Source of the DNA: Eledone cirrhosa
Taxonomy: Eukaryota
Direction of reading: 5' to 3'
Assembly (NCBI GenBank): GCA_964016885.1
Contig: OZ024759.1
Location: 32,240,001-32,304,000 of the forward strand
Length of the DNA stretch: 64,000 bases
Positions 1 through 12,639 of the stretch are shown one piece after another. The notes under the pieces were generated by a model. The model did not search any database and had not been told where the DNA came from. It saw only the letters and a list, made by a program, of their open reading frames with translations. The translations under genes and the position numbers were made by a program. Each line of letters starts with the position of its first letter. Within the stretch, counting starts at the first letter, position 1.

Positions 1-204
1 GGACCCCGACGGCTGAGCTCAAGCCGTTTCGAAGGCTAATTCTGGACTGAATGAACATTTTTCATTCAGTCCAGAATTAGCCGTCGAAACGGCTTGAGCT
101 CAGCCGTCGGGGTCCTACTCGTTCCTATTACCCACTCTACTACCCTAAATATTGAGTACTTTGGTGCGTTATGGTCCATCTGGTTCCTTACCACATTTGC
201 TTCG

Positions 205-207
<3 letters not shown>
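1..207 (+). mobile_element. Family A fold-back element: 55-bp inverted repeat (1-55/61-115) plus ~90-nt tail ending in (TA)n; carries the 3' half of a hammerhead
   Basis: Arms complementary with 1 mismatch; GAAA-CGGC-TTGAGCTCA-GCCG-TC-GGGGTC; same sequence recurs at 8 or more loci in the window. Confidence 0.8.
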
Positions 208-269
<62 letters not shown>

Positions 270-272
<3 letters not shown>

Positions 273-318
273 CGAAGCAAATGTGGTAAGGAACCAGATG
301 GACCATAACGCACCAAAT
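270..318 (-). mobile_element. Family A 3' tail fragment facing the previous copy across a (TA)n tract
   Basis: Reverse complement of ~160-207. Confidence 0.8.
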
Positions 319-383
319 ATATATATATAGATATAAATATAGATATATACAATATACATGTATATGTATAGTGTATATATCTA

Positions 384-415
<32 letters not shown>

Positions 416-789
416 CGAAGTAGTCCCACTAACAAGACATCATATGAACCATACTATACCATACTATACCATACAGGGGGTGGACCAATATTAAAATTAC
501 CGCAAGTTAAAGAGAACATTGTAAAAATCAGCCATTTTTTTTCACGCCACAAGATGAGATTTTTTTCTTTAGAAACTCACCTCCCCCCGCCCCCTTCTCC
601 TGAACAACAACAAAATAGAAAAGAAAAATACAGTGAAGATTAATAGACATAATAAAATTGCTCATTATCGATATCTCCTCCAGACTCAACAGAGAAGAAC
701 GAAGTCTGTATAAATGGCAACAATATCTTAAACAGTGGAGAACTAAAGACAGGAGTGGCAGAATTAGTTTTAGTTCCGCTAGCCCAATG

Positions 790-1140
790 GTTAACAACAA
801 CAATAATAAGAAGAACAACAACAATAACAACAACAACAACAATGACAACAACAACACCAAGAACAACAACAATGACAACAACAACACCAATAACAACAAC
901 ATCAATAATAACAATGACAACAATGATAATAAGAATAACAACAACAACAATAAAAAACAATGACAATAAGAATAACAACAATAATAACAACAACAATAAC
1001 AATGACAACAACAACAACAATAATAATAATAATAATAGCAGCAATAATAACAACAATAACATCAACAACAATAACAACAATTATAATAACAACAACAACA
1101 ATAACAACAGCAATAACAACAATGATGATAATAATAATAA
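790..1140. repeat. (AAC/AAT)n trinucleotide microsatellite
   Basis: Direct reading. Confidence 0.95.
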
Positions 1141-1331
1141 TTGTTTCTACTTTTGGCACAAGGCCAGCAATTATCCACATGTATTACTGGTACTTTATTT
1201 TATCGACCCCCGTAAGGATGAAAGGCAAAGTTAACCTCGGCGGGATTTGAACTCAGACCGTAAAGGGACGTAACTCTTTGCTGGAAAGCATAGCGTCCGA
1301 CCCTCTACCGATACTGCCAATTCACTGCCAT
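1141..1331 (-). mobile_element. tRNA-derived SINE with Meta-domain-like core, full length
   Basis: Minus strand has box A TGGCAGTATCGG, box B GAGTTCAAATCC and core CTTTGCCTTTCATCCTTACGGGGGTCGATAAAATAAAGTACCAG; more than 10 copies in window. Confidence 0.85.
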
Positions 1332-1654
1332 AATGATAATCATTATCATGATGACGATGATGATGATGATGAAGATGATGTTCATGATGATGATGATGAT
1401 GATAATGATGATGTTCATGATGATGATGCGTGAGGCTTCACAACTTCGGATTGTTTCCAATCAGCAGAAAGAAGCAACTGAAGCGAATAGTTTAATGGTT
1501 GGCCAGTCGTTTCAACGTCAGAGTATTACGGCCGCCAGTAGCAATCGATGATGACTTGGTAGTTAGTATCTAATATAAGATGTTAGAAGAATGTATTCCA
1601 AGGAAACCGTGCAGAGAGAGAGAACTATTAATTACTTGTATGATCTGATGTAAT

Positions 1655-1881
1655 AATTGTTTCTACTTTTGGATCAAGGCCAGCAATACCCAGTACATTA
1701 CTGGTACTTTATCTTATCGACCCCGTAAGGATGAAAGGCTAAGTCATGTTGTTGTAATCATTATAAGAGTTCAAATCCCGCCGAGATTAACTTTGCCTTT
1801 CATCCTTACGGGGTCGATAAAATAAAGTACCAGTAATACACTTGGGTAATTGCTGGCCTTGTGCCAAAAGTAGAAACAATT
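1655..1881. mobile_element. Two 5'-truncated SINE copies in inverted orientation (1655-1746 minus; 1767-1881 plus)
   Basis: Match to the SINE at 1141-1331. Confidence 0.8.
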
Positions 1882-1924
1882 GTATTTACTGAGCGAGCTT
1901 CAATAAACATGTAGTAGTCATCGA

Positions 1925-2665
1925 CTAAAGCAGTTGAAATGACAAATCAGTCAATGATATTGATGGCCTCCCCACAGCCCCGGCGGACAGAATGGAGAAG
2001 GCGTTTCCCCGGAAGACGGCAAGGGAGATGTGCTGGAAGAGCCATTCCATCTCGCGAGGCTCACACCTGCGGCTGGCCAACTCAGCGCCTATGGTGAGGA
2101 GTAGGGAGGTAGCCCTAGGGCCGAGGACACCAGAAGTCTCTACTGCCAAGGGTACGACCGTGAACCTGGTGAGTAGGGAGGTAGCCCTAGGGCCTAGGAC
2201 ACCAGAAGTCTCCACTGCCATGGGTACGACCGTGAACCTGGTGAGTAGGGAGGTAGCCCTAGGGCCGAGGACACCAGAAGTCTCCACTGCAATGGGTACG
2301 ACCGTGAACCTGGTGAGTAGGGAAGTAGCCCTAGGGCCTAGGACACCAGAAGTCTCCACTGCCATGGGTACGACCGTAAACTGGTGAGTAGGGAGGTAGC
2401 CCTAGGGCCGAGGACACCAGAAGTCTCCACTGCCATGGGTACGACCGTGAACTGGTGAGTAGGGAGGTAGCCCTAGGGCCGAGGACACCAGAAGTCTCCA
2501 CTGCCATGGGTACGACCGTGAACCTGGTGAGTAGGGAAGTAGCCCTAGGGCCTAGGACACCAGAAGTCTCCACTGCCATGGGTACGACCGTGAACCTGGT
2601 GAGTAGGGAAGTAGCCCTAGGGCCGAGGACACCAGAAGTCTCTACTGCCAAGGGTAAGACCGGAA
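1925..2665 (-). mobile_element. 3' fragment of a CRE-like non-LTR retrotransposon (C-terminal restriction-like endonuclease region)
   Basis: VPLAVETSGVLGPRA...LFQHISLAVFRGNAFSIL resembles the CRE-clade motif P.AVET.G.WG...FL.QRLS.AIQRGNA; GC-rich island. Confidence 0.7.
2099..2662. repeat. 72-bp minisatellite, ~8 copies, derived from CRE coding sequence
   Basis: Units start at 2099, 2171, 2243, 2315, 2386, 2457, 2529, 2601; two units are 71 bp. Confidence 0.95.
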
Positions 2666-3279
2666 ACGACTTACATTAAAATTATCAAACAAGCAAACTA
2701 TGGAATTTCAACAGATTATTTTGTGGAAATATATTTTATACAAATCACACACCGGTTTATTTTTCAGTACAAAACATTTAGTTCAAATAAAACAAAAACA
2801 TTTGTTGGTTTAAATGATTATATGTGCGTCAATGGATAGCAGTGTGTGTGTATAGTGGAGGAGAGGGGTCTGTGTGTGTGTAGAGGGTGTATGTGTGAGG
2901 GGTAGGAGGTTCTGTTGTGTGGGGCTGGGGTTCTTTGTGAATGTGTTTGGATCTCTTAATTTTGTTTTCTGTTTCTCTGGAACACACATACACATACACG
3001 TATGTGTACACACACACACATACACACATACACACACAAACGCACACACACTCACACACATACACTTTCTCTACCTACACATCCAAATATATATATCCAT
3101 ATATATATATATATGCATACATGTGTATGCATATATATATATATGCATACACTATATATATATATATGTGTGTGTGTGTGTATGTATATATGTACACATG
3201 TGTGGGTATGGCCGTGTAAATATCTATATTTATCTCTCTCTCTCTCCTCTCTCTTCCCACTCTCTCTCTTTCTCTCTTT

Positions 3280-3323
<44 letters not shown>

Positions 3324-3386
3324 CTACCACTACTGGAATTGAATAATCAAAACCATAGCAGTATTTCGCATATCCAATCTCTCATA

Positions 3387-3449
3387 TATTCTATCTGATG
3401 AAAACGTACTGAAACACCATTATACCTTTGAAATAGGTATAATAAAATA
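3387..3449 (+). ncRNA. Type I hammerhead motif, family D, degenerate
   Basis: TATTCTAT-CTGATGA-(weak stem II)-GAAA-TAGGTA-TA-ATAAAATA; homologous to 26969 and 57699. Confidence 0.55.
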
Positions 3450-3490
3450 TATTTTGGTTATGAGAATATTTTTCATTTATTGATATTTTG

Positions 3491-3539
<49 letters not shown>

Positions 3540-3670
3540 GATAAATCTACCAAGAGTTTACGGTAGTGTCCAATCCGTATGAAGAACTCAATGTATTCCG
3601 GATATCATGGAAAGAAGAGATGTAATGAAAATCCAATTTCGGTGAAAGATAAACGGTATACAGAGTCAAG

Positions 3671-4805
3671 ATAAAATATTAAATAAATAATGAACAAACA
3701 ATTCCTTATATTAAACAAAAAAAGTTCACTATTTAACGATCGTTTCTAGGGTATATATGTGCTATAATTGGTATGCATATTTAACAGATCTATGTACAAA
3801 ATTATACAAAATTATACAAATTATCAAGATTAAATATACATACCTAACACATATATACGCCGTCTTCAGAAATAATGAAGTATATTTATTGATAATAACA
3901 ACAATTCAAAATATCAGTTCAAAATTGACCAATGAAAACACAAAGGGTTAAAAAGCAGTTTGGTGTGTGTATATACATGTAAAACCCTACACACATTTTA
4001 CAATAATGTGTGTATAATATGTATGTGCATACTAAAAAGATGGATGCAAATAAAAAATTTCAAGGTTAATATCTCTGTAAGCTTAATGCGCTGATAAGAA
4101 ACGCAATGATACTTATGTAGTCAAGCATATAAATATATTTTTTTCATACTCACACATATCAGTATAATCACACATACATGTGCGTATATATATAAAATAT
4201 ACACATAACCACGAACACACAAACACACACACACCCCCCACTCACATTTATATATGTGGATATAAAATCATAAGCAAATAGAAATTAAGTCACTCACATA
4301 AACACACTGGTACACACATTTCAAGATCAAGATACAGAAATTAGGTGGGAGGGGGGGGGGAGGGGTCAGTATTAGGTTGTCAGACAGACAGCCTAATATA
4401 AATGTATCTATAAATTATGAAAAATAAAAAAATAAAAACAATAAAATATATTACATATAATATAATGTACATACGCATACAGATATACATACACATACGT
4501 ACATGTACGCGCACATAGAGATATCTACACATACATACATACACACATACCTATACTGTCATACACACACATACATTTACACGAACATACACATACACAT
4601 AAAAAAAGATAAAAATACGGACACACACACGCGCAACACATACACACATACACATATATATATATGAGAATATACATATATATACATATATATACACACA
4701 CACACATAGACTCATATATATATACATACACATACATATACCTATACATAAACATATATATCCCACACTCATACCACCATGAAAACACATACAAACAACC
4801 AGATG

Positions 4806-4847
<42 letters not shown>

Positions 4848-4944
4848 AACATACACACACGTACACATATATGCATATATACATACATATATACACACAT
4901 ACACATACATATATATATACACACACACATAAAATACAGACATG

Positions 4945-4975
<31 letters not shown>

Positions 4976-5241
4976 TTCATTACCCTTATATATACACATA
5001 GTATATATACATACACAACCTCACTTATACACATATACACATAAGTTATATTACAATAATAATAAAGAATAATATATATATATATATAAATATATACATA
5101 TATATACACACATATACACATATACATACATACAAATACATATACATACATACATACACATACATACATACACCTAAATATAAACATATATAAATACACA
5201 CATACGAATAAAGACATATATTCACACATAGACACCTATAT

Positions 5242-5287
<46 letters not shown>

Positions 5288-5378
5288 ATATACACACACA
5301 TACACATACATACACATATATATATATATACACATATATACACACGCACACACATACACACAGACACACATACACACT

Positions 5379-5418
<40 letters not shown>

Positions 5419-5662
5419 TATGTATGTGAGTGTGCGCAAATACATACATATATATACACACACACATACAAACACACATAAACACATACATATGCATACA
5501 TGCACACACACACACGTATATCACATAGATACGAAGATAAACATATAAATAGAGAGACATACAAATATATACAGAACCCATATACACATACATGCAAACA
5601 CGCATATACATATATACATACATACACACATATATATTCCTATATACAAGCATACACATACG
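3671..5662. repeat. Left arm of ~2 kb inverted repeat (pseudo-LTR)
   Basis: Near-identical reverse complement of 9003-10993; identical peptides on opposite strands in the ORF track. Confidence 0.95.
3725..3879 (-). ncRNA. Type I hammerhead ribozyme with long stem II, sense to the Penelope ORF
   Basis: TTCATTATTT-CTGAAGA-(~116-nt hairpin)-GAAA-CGATCG-TT-AAATAGTGAA. Confidence 0.75.
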
Positions 5663-7118
5663 CACACATATATACATATACCTACACATATATATATATA
5701 CCGCACATTCACATACACGTACATATATAATACATATATATACATACATATACATACATATGTATGTACAATCATATATACACACTCAATCTTACATTCA
5801 TATTTACATGCTCATATATGTATTTTTATATCTAGAAATAAATACCAAAAAAAAAAAACTATATAGACACCCATCTACCCAAATTCATACGTATACACTT
5901 ACAAAAACAGATGATAATAGTATGGGGGAAAGGGGGGGGTTTGGAGAAGGGGATCAAAGTAAATATATGTTTCAAGAAACCTATAATATTTTCCATATCT
6001 TAATTCAATGTATGTTCTTACATATTTTCAATGCTAGGAAATACGAAATCTATGCATCACAAAATAAAAAAGTATACCATTAATCATATGTCAACTAAAC
6101 CAAAGATAGTCAACATATTGATTTCCAAGGTGTAAATTAGTTAGGTTTATAATATTTGAAGCAGAATTATGAAGTCAAACAGTAGTAGATTATTAATTAC
6201 ATTATAACTAAATTAAAGTTAATAATAGGGAAAAGAAACCCAAATAAAAATAAAATAAAGTATTACATCGGTAGTAGCATATAAATTATATGTTAACTAA
6301 GTTAAAAATTATATATTTATTTCAATAGTATATGTTAATTAGTATATGTTAATTAGGTATACAATACATAAAGCAGATATTGTATTTCATCAATAGCATA
6401 ATATAATTATATGCAAATAAAAATCAAAATTAATACGCATACACATACATATACATACACATACACATACATATACATATACATACACATATATATATAT
6501 ATATATACATATATATACACACATACATACATATATAGTCACATAAATATACATACAGATACACATACAATACACACATATACATATACATATAGATATA
6601 CATATCTTTTTCAAAAAATTTGCACAGAATATATTAACTAGGTATATATCCAAAAAGATCTCCCATTCTATGATTACATGAAATTCTGCAATTCGTCTGT
6701 ACAAGGATACTAATTTTAAGCAAATTAAAATTAAAATTAAAGTTTTAGGTTGATTAAAGCTAAAACCAAATAATAAATATATTTCCAAAATGTATATTAA
6801 TTAGGTCAATAATACTAAAAATTCTTTCTCCGTCATAGGATACATGATATTATTTTGTTATATTTTATCTGTAAAAGAATTATAATAAAAAAAATTTTAT
6901 AATAAAAGGTAAAACTAAATTAAAAAATTATAATAAAAGGTTAAAATAAGTTAAAATTAATCTATAAATTAAATTACTGAATATATATTAGTAATATTTA
7001 AAGGTTTTTCAAAATTAATGATTACATAATATTTTCTCATCTGTAATAAAATATTAATTAAATTAAAATTTATAGGTTAACTAACATTTAAATTAAATTA
7101 AATTCTAGAATAATGTTA

Positions 7119-9002
7119 TTAATTAGGTTTATAATATTTAAATGTTTTTTTTAGTTTATGATTACACGATATAATTAATTCCTGTCTTTTATTTAATAAG
7201 ATATCCCTAGACTTCATTATTTCAAATAGTTCTTGGGAACATAATCTACATTCCTTTCTATTATTTTGATAAGGGGTGGCTCTTTTGAGCACACTCCAGG
7301 TCAAATCATATTTTATATTTTTATTTTTATAACTATTGATTTTTTCTGCTAGAGATGTTGTATTAGCCAGTGCGGCATTTTTAAAGCTATGTTTGTGGGT
7401 ATTATACCTTGTCTTAAAATTGTTAGAGGTAGCTCCTATATATGAGCAAATAGAATCTTTAGTTTTAACATTACATTTATAGACTATGTTGTTAACAAGA
7501 CAATTCCCTTTTAATGGGCAGTTTGTTTTGTTTCTACAGTTACATCCTTTCGTTAATTCTGTATTTGAGGAGATATTATTGTTAATTTGATGTACTGGTG
7601 GTATACTTATAGTTTTCTTACATTTATATGCATTATATGCACTTATATTTTGTTTTATGTTATTTGTTGTAGAATATGAGAATTTAACTGTAGACCTATT
7701 TAAGATTTGATGGTATTTGTGGTTTGGCGGGAAGTTTTTCTCAAGGATATAAAAAAATTTTTTAGCAATATTATCCTTAACTTGTAAATTAAAAGGAGCA
7801 TTATACCAAGTAACTCGTCTATTACGGTTTCTATGTTGTTTATTATTTTTATTATTTTTATATGTTGTATCATGATTTTTACTAGGAGGAATAATGTTAA
7901 TGATCTCACCACAACTATTTTTAGTTATATTTGTAGATTTAGGTGTTTTATCTTTTTTATTAGGAGTTTTATTATTAATATTTATTATAGTCTTATGATG
8001 AGTAGTTTTTTGAGGGTTACTATACTTTATATTAGAAGATTTAGTATTTTGGGGTATACTGTGGGTGGCATTTAGGTGTGTACCTTTCATTTGGTGTTTG
8101 TTGGTAATATTATGCTGTATGTTTTCAGTATTTTTAGTAGAAGTTATATACTCTAATCTATTTTTGTGGCCACTTCTATCTAGAGCTTCATTATAAAAGG
8201 TCGCATTTTTATCAAATACATCTTGGTTAGAAGAAAGGTTAGAAATTCTAAGTGATATATTATATGCAAGGTTTTTAAGGATAGATTTAGGGTGATTAGA
8301 TTGTGAGTGTATGTAATGTAAGTTTTGGTTAGGTTTATGGTAAGGTTGGTATATACCCGTAGCTAAATCTAAAGTTATATCTAGGAAATTTACTACTTTA
8401 CTTGTTTTTTCAAAAGTAATATTAAGATTATAATAGTCCTTAAGGAAAGTTCTAATATGCTTTTTGTTTTTTTCGATTTCTGAAAGGCTAAGGTTGTTAG
8501 AAAGAAGAAGACAGTCATCACGATATAAACCACCTTTGAGGTGGGGAAAAGAGGCATTTATGTTGAAAAGGAGAAAGAGGCCCACAAGATCAGTAATTTG
8601 GGCAGAATCGCTTGAACCCATAGTAATATCAAAAAGATTACTATAAGTGTTTCTGGTCCAGTATTCATTCTGAAATTCAATAAGTGTTTGTCTAGCATGT
8701 GTAATAATGTTAATGTCATCCGAAGTTAAATTAGATCTATTTTTAGCAAATATTAATGCTTTGTTCAGGAGTATGGGTGATATAGAAGAATAATAGTTAT
8801 CTATATCAAACTGTAGGAAAGAAGCAGAAGATTTACACCTAATATTTTTAAACCAATTAATTACCTGGGAGGTGTTTTCCCAGAGTGGTAAAATAACGTA
8901 TTTTCTTATTTGTGGGATGACTCTATCTAAAATTTTTTTGCTAATTATTCCAATATCTGATTTGGAGGGACATATAAGTCTAATAGAAGGATTAGAGTTA
9001 AA
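7119..9002 (-). CDS. Penelope-like reverse transcriptase / GIY-YIG endonuclease, N-terminally truncated (628 codons including stop)
   Basis: Frame stays open 127 codons upstream of the listed ATG at 8621; motifs RLICPSKSDIG, FLQFDIDNYYSSI, FDITMGSSDS, GLYRDD, VNFLDITLDL, CNCR..CPLKGNC, IVY..YIG..FKTRYNTH, CRLC..E. Confidence 0.92.
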   Translation of the reverse strand, partial: FNSNPSIRLICPSKSDIGIISKKILDRVIPQIRKYVILPLWENTSQVINWFKNIRCKSSASFLQFDIDNYYSSISPILLNKALIFAKNRSNLTSDDINIITHARQTLIEFQNEYWTRNTYSNLFDITMGSSDSAQITDLVGLFLLFNINASFPHLKGGLYRDDCLLLSNNLSLSEIEKNKKHIRTFLKDYYNLNITFEKTSKVVNFLDITLDLATGIYQPYHKPNQNLHYIHSQSNHPKSILKNLAYNISLRISNLSSNQDVFDKNATFYNEALDRSGHKNRLEYITSTKNTENIQHNITNKHQMKGTHLNATHSIPQNTKSSNIKYSNPQKTTHHKTIININNKTPNKKDKTPKSTNITKNSCGEIINIIPPSKNHDTTYKNNKNNKQHRNRNRRVTWYNAPFNLQVKDNIAKKFFYILEKNFPPNHKYHQILNRSTVKFSYSTTNNIKQNISAYNAYKCKKTISIPPVHQINNNISSNTELTKGCNCRNKTNCPLKGNCLVNNIVYKCNVKTKDSICSYIGATSNNFKTRYNTHKHSFKNAALANTTSLAEKINSYKNKNIKYDLTWSVLKRATPYQNNRKECRLCSQELFEIMKSRDILLNKRQELIISCNHKLKKTFKYYKPN

Positions 9003-9246
9003 CGTATGTGTATGCTTGTATATAGGAATATATATGTGTGTATGTATGTATATATGTATATGCGTGTTTGCATGTATGTGTATATGGGTTCTGTATATAT
9101 TTGTATGTCTCTCTATTTATATGTTTATCTTCGTATCTATGTGATATACGTGTGTGTGTGTGCATGTATGCATATGTATGTGTTTATGTGTGTTTGTATG
9201 TGTGTGTGTATATATATGTATGTATTTGCGCACACTCACATACATA

Positions 9247-9286
<40 letters not shown>

Positions 9287-9377
9287 AGTGTGTATGTGTG
9301 TCTGTGTGTATGTGTGTGCGTGTGTATATATGTGTATATATATATATATGTGTATGTATGTGTATGTGTGTGTATAT

Positions 9378-9423
<46 letters not shown>

Positions 9424-9562
9424 ATATAGGTGTCTATGTGTGAATATATGTCTTTATTCGTATGTGTGTATTTATATATGTTTATATTTAGGTGTATGTA
9501 TGTATGTGTATGTATGTATGTATATGTATTTGTATGTATGTATATGTGTATATGTGTGTATA

Positions 9563-9593
<31 letters not shown>

Positions 9594-9689
9594 TATTCTT
9601 TATTATTATTGTAATATAACTTATGTGTATATGTGTATAAGTGAGGTTGTGTATGTATATATACTATGTGTATATATAAGGGTAATGAA

Positions 9690-9720
<31 letters not shown>

Positions 9721-9817
9721 CATGTCTGTATTTTATGTGTGTGTGTATATATATATGTATGTGTATGTGTGTATATATGTATGTATATATGCATATATGT
9801 GTACGTGTGTGTATGTT

Positions 9818-9859
<42 letters not shown>

Positions 9860-10993
9860 CATCTGGTTGTTTGTATGTGTTTTCATGGTGGTATGAGTGT
9901 GGGATATATATGTTTATGTATAGGTATATGTATGTGTATGTATATATATATGAGTCTATGTGTGTGTGTGTATATATATGTATATATATGTATATTCTCA
10001 TATATATATATGTGTATGTGTGTATGTGTTGCGCGTGTGTGTGTCCGTATTTTTATCTTTTTTTATGTGTATGTGTATGTTCGTGTAAATGTATGTGTGT
10101 GTATGACAGTATAGGTATGTGTGTATGTATGTATGTGTAGATATCTCTATGTGCGCGTACATGTACGTATGTGTATGTATATCTGTATGCGTATGTACAT
10201 TATATTATATGTAATATATTTTATTGTTTTCATTTTTTTATTTTTCATAATTTATAGATACATTTATATTAGGCTGTCTGTCTGACAACCTAATACTGAC
10301 CCCTCCCCCCCCCTCCCACCTAATTTCTGTATCTTGATCTTGAAATGTGTGTACCAGTGTGTTTATGTGAGTGACTTAATTTCTATTTGCTTATGATTTT
10401 ATATCCACATATATAAATGTGAGTGGGGGGTGTGTGTGTGTTTGTGTGTTCGTGGTTATGTGTATATTTTATATATATACGCACATGTATGTGTGATTAT
10501 ACTGATATGTGTGAGTATGAAAAAAATATATTTATATGCTTGACTACATAAGTATCATTGCGTTTCTTATCAGCGCATTAAGCTTACAGAGATATTAACC
10601 TTGAAATTTTTTATTTGCATCCATCTTTTTAGTATGCACATACATATTATACACACATTATTGTAAAATGTGTGTAGGGTTTTACATGTATATACACACA
10701 CCAAACTGCTTTTTAACCCTTTGTGTTTTCATTGGTCAATTTTGAACTGATATTTTGAATTGTTGTTATTATCAATAAATATACTTCATTATTTCTGAAG
10801 ACGGCGTATATATGTGTTAGGTATGTATATTTAATCTTGATAATTTGTATAATTTTGTATAATTTTGTACATAGATCTGTTAAATATGCATACCAATTAT
10901 AGCACATATATACCCTAGAAACGATCGTTAAATAGTGAACTTTTTTTGTTTAATATAAGGAATTGTTTGTTCATTATTTATTTAATATTTTAT
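9003..10993. repeat. Right arm of ~2 kb inverted repeat, joined directly to the ORF truncation point
   Basis: Reverse complement of 3671-5662. Confidence 0.95.
10785..10939 (+). ncRNA. Type I hammerhead ribozyme with long stem II (inverted copy)
   Basis: Stem I 10785-10794/10930-10939; CTGAAGA 10795-10801; GAAA 10918-10921; palindromic ACGATCGT; GTT site. Confidence 0.75.
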
Positions 10994-11030
10994 ATATATA
11001 TATATATATATATACATATATGTATACATA

Positions 11031-11122
<92 letters not shown>

Positions 11123-11351
11123 CATGTGGCTATATACATGTATGTGTGTGTGACGATCAACCGATATAAATTCAGTTATTTTCACCATTATTATTATCAT
11201 TATATTTATCATTAATTCGTGGAAATATATTAAAACTTGGAATATTCTATTTTATTTCTGACCGACTCCTCTCTACATTCCACCTTCTTCAATGGTTTCT
11301 TTTCCTTCTGCCTAGATATCTGTCTCTCTACCTAGCTATCTCACTATCTAA

Positions 11352-11418
<67 letters not shown>

Positions 11419-11521
11419 TATATATATGTGTATATATAATTATATACATATGTATATATATAAATATATATATGTGTATTTATATATATTTATATCTATC
11501 ATCTATTACTCTCTCCCTCTC

Positions 11522-11581
<60 letters not shown>

Positions 11582-11668
11582 ACTCTCTCTGTATCTATAT
11601 ATCACGTTATCACTGTCTATCTCTCTCCATCTTTCTATCTCTACACCCCTATCTCTAATATCTATCTA

Positions 11669-11799
<131 letters not shown>

Positions 11800-12215
11800 A
11801 ATCATTTCTCTGCATTATTCCACGATTCCATTTAGACACGAACTATTCCAAACGCAAAATTCAAAAAGTCAAAAAAAAATTTCAAATTAAATTGTAAAAA
11901 AATTCTAATAATAAAAATAATAAAAATAACACAATATTTATTTTTTAATAGAAATGGAAAAATTGAAAAATATTTCCAAAAATGTAAAACAAAAATGTTG
12001 TCCTCCCCACCTCACACTCAAAAAATTATGGCATTTTTTTTTTTAATTCGGAATAAAGAGAAAGAAATTTGCCCCCAAAAAGTCATTTTGAAGTAATTTC
12101 AGTAAAATTATTTTTTCTATTATTTCATTTGATTTGTTATTAAGGGAAAAAAAAGTTGTGTTTTTAAAGAAAAAGGAGAAAGGAAGATTATTGACATAAC
12201 CAATAAAAAAGACCT

Positions 12216-12353
12216 ATCCCACCCTAGCAATCCCACCCTAGCAATCCCACGCTAGCAATCCCACCCTAGCAATCCCACACTAGCGATTCCACCCTAGCAA
12301 TCCCACCCTAGCAATCCCACACTAGCGATTCCACCCTAGCAATTCCACACTAC
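12216..12353. repeat. 14-bp minisatellite ATCCCACCCTAGCA, ~10 copies
   Basis: Direct reading. Confidence 0.9.
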
Positions 12354-12394
12354 CTCCAGCATCACTCCTTGATATACATATATAATTCCATATT

Positions 12395-12563
<169 letters not shown>

Positions 12564-12607
12564 CTATATTTATATCTATATTTATATACATATATGCATA
12601 TATATAT

Positions 12608-12639
<32 letters not shown>

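Larger units (their letters stand above)
3537..10993 (-). mobile_element. 5'-truncated Penelope-like element with inverted partial pseudo-LTR and 3' tail, inserted in (TA)n
   Basis: RT plus GIY-YIG ORF; inverted repeat 3671-5662/9003-10993; unpaired tail 3537-3670; (TA)n on both flanks. Confidence 0.88.

Noticed and set aside
1141-1331. tRNA gene
   Set aside because: Boxes A/B run into a SINE core and copies are dispersed and degenerate
2099-2662. CRISPR-like regular repeats (also 41763-42133, 58650-58843)
   Set aside because: Head-to-tail units with no unique spacers, no cas genes, eukaryotic context
7119-9002. Naiad-type selenoprotein Penelope element or telomerase RT
   Set aside because: Endonuclease is C-terminal and there is no in-frame TGA; GIY-YIG excludes TERT
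3671-10993. Assembly fold-back artefact
   Set aside because: Arms are separated by 3.3 kb of unique sequence, differ at a few sites and fit Penelope architecture; unlikely, though read validation is advisable
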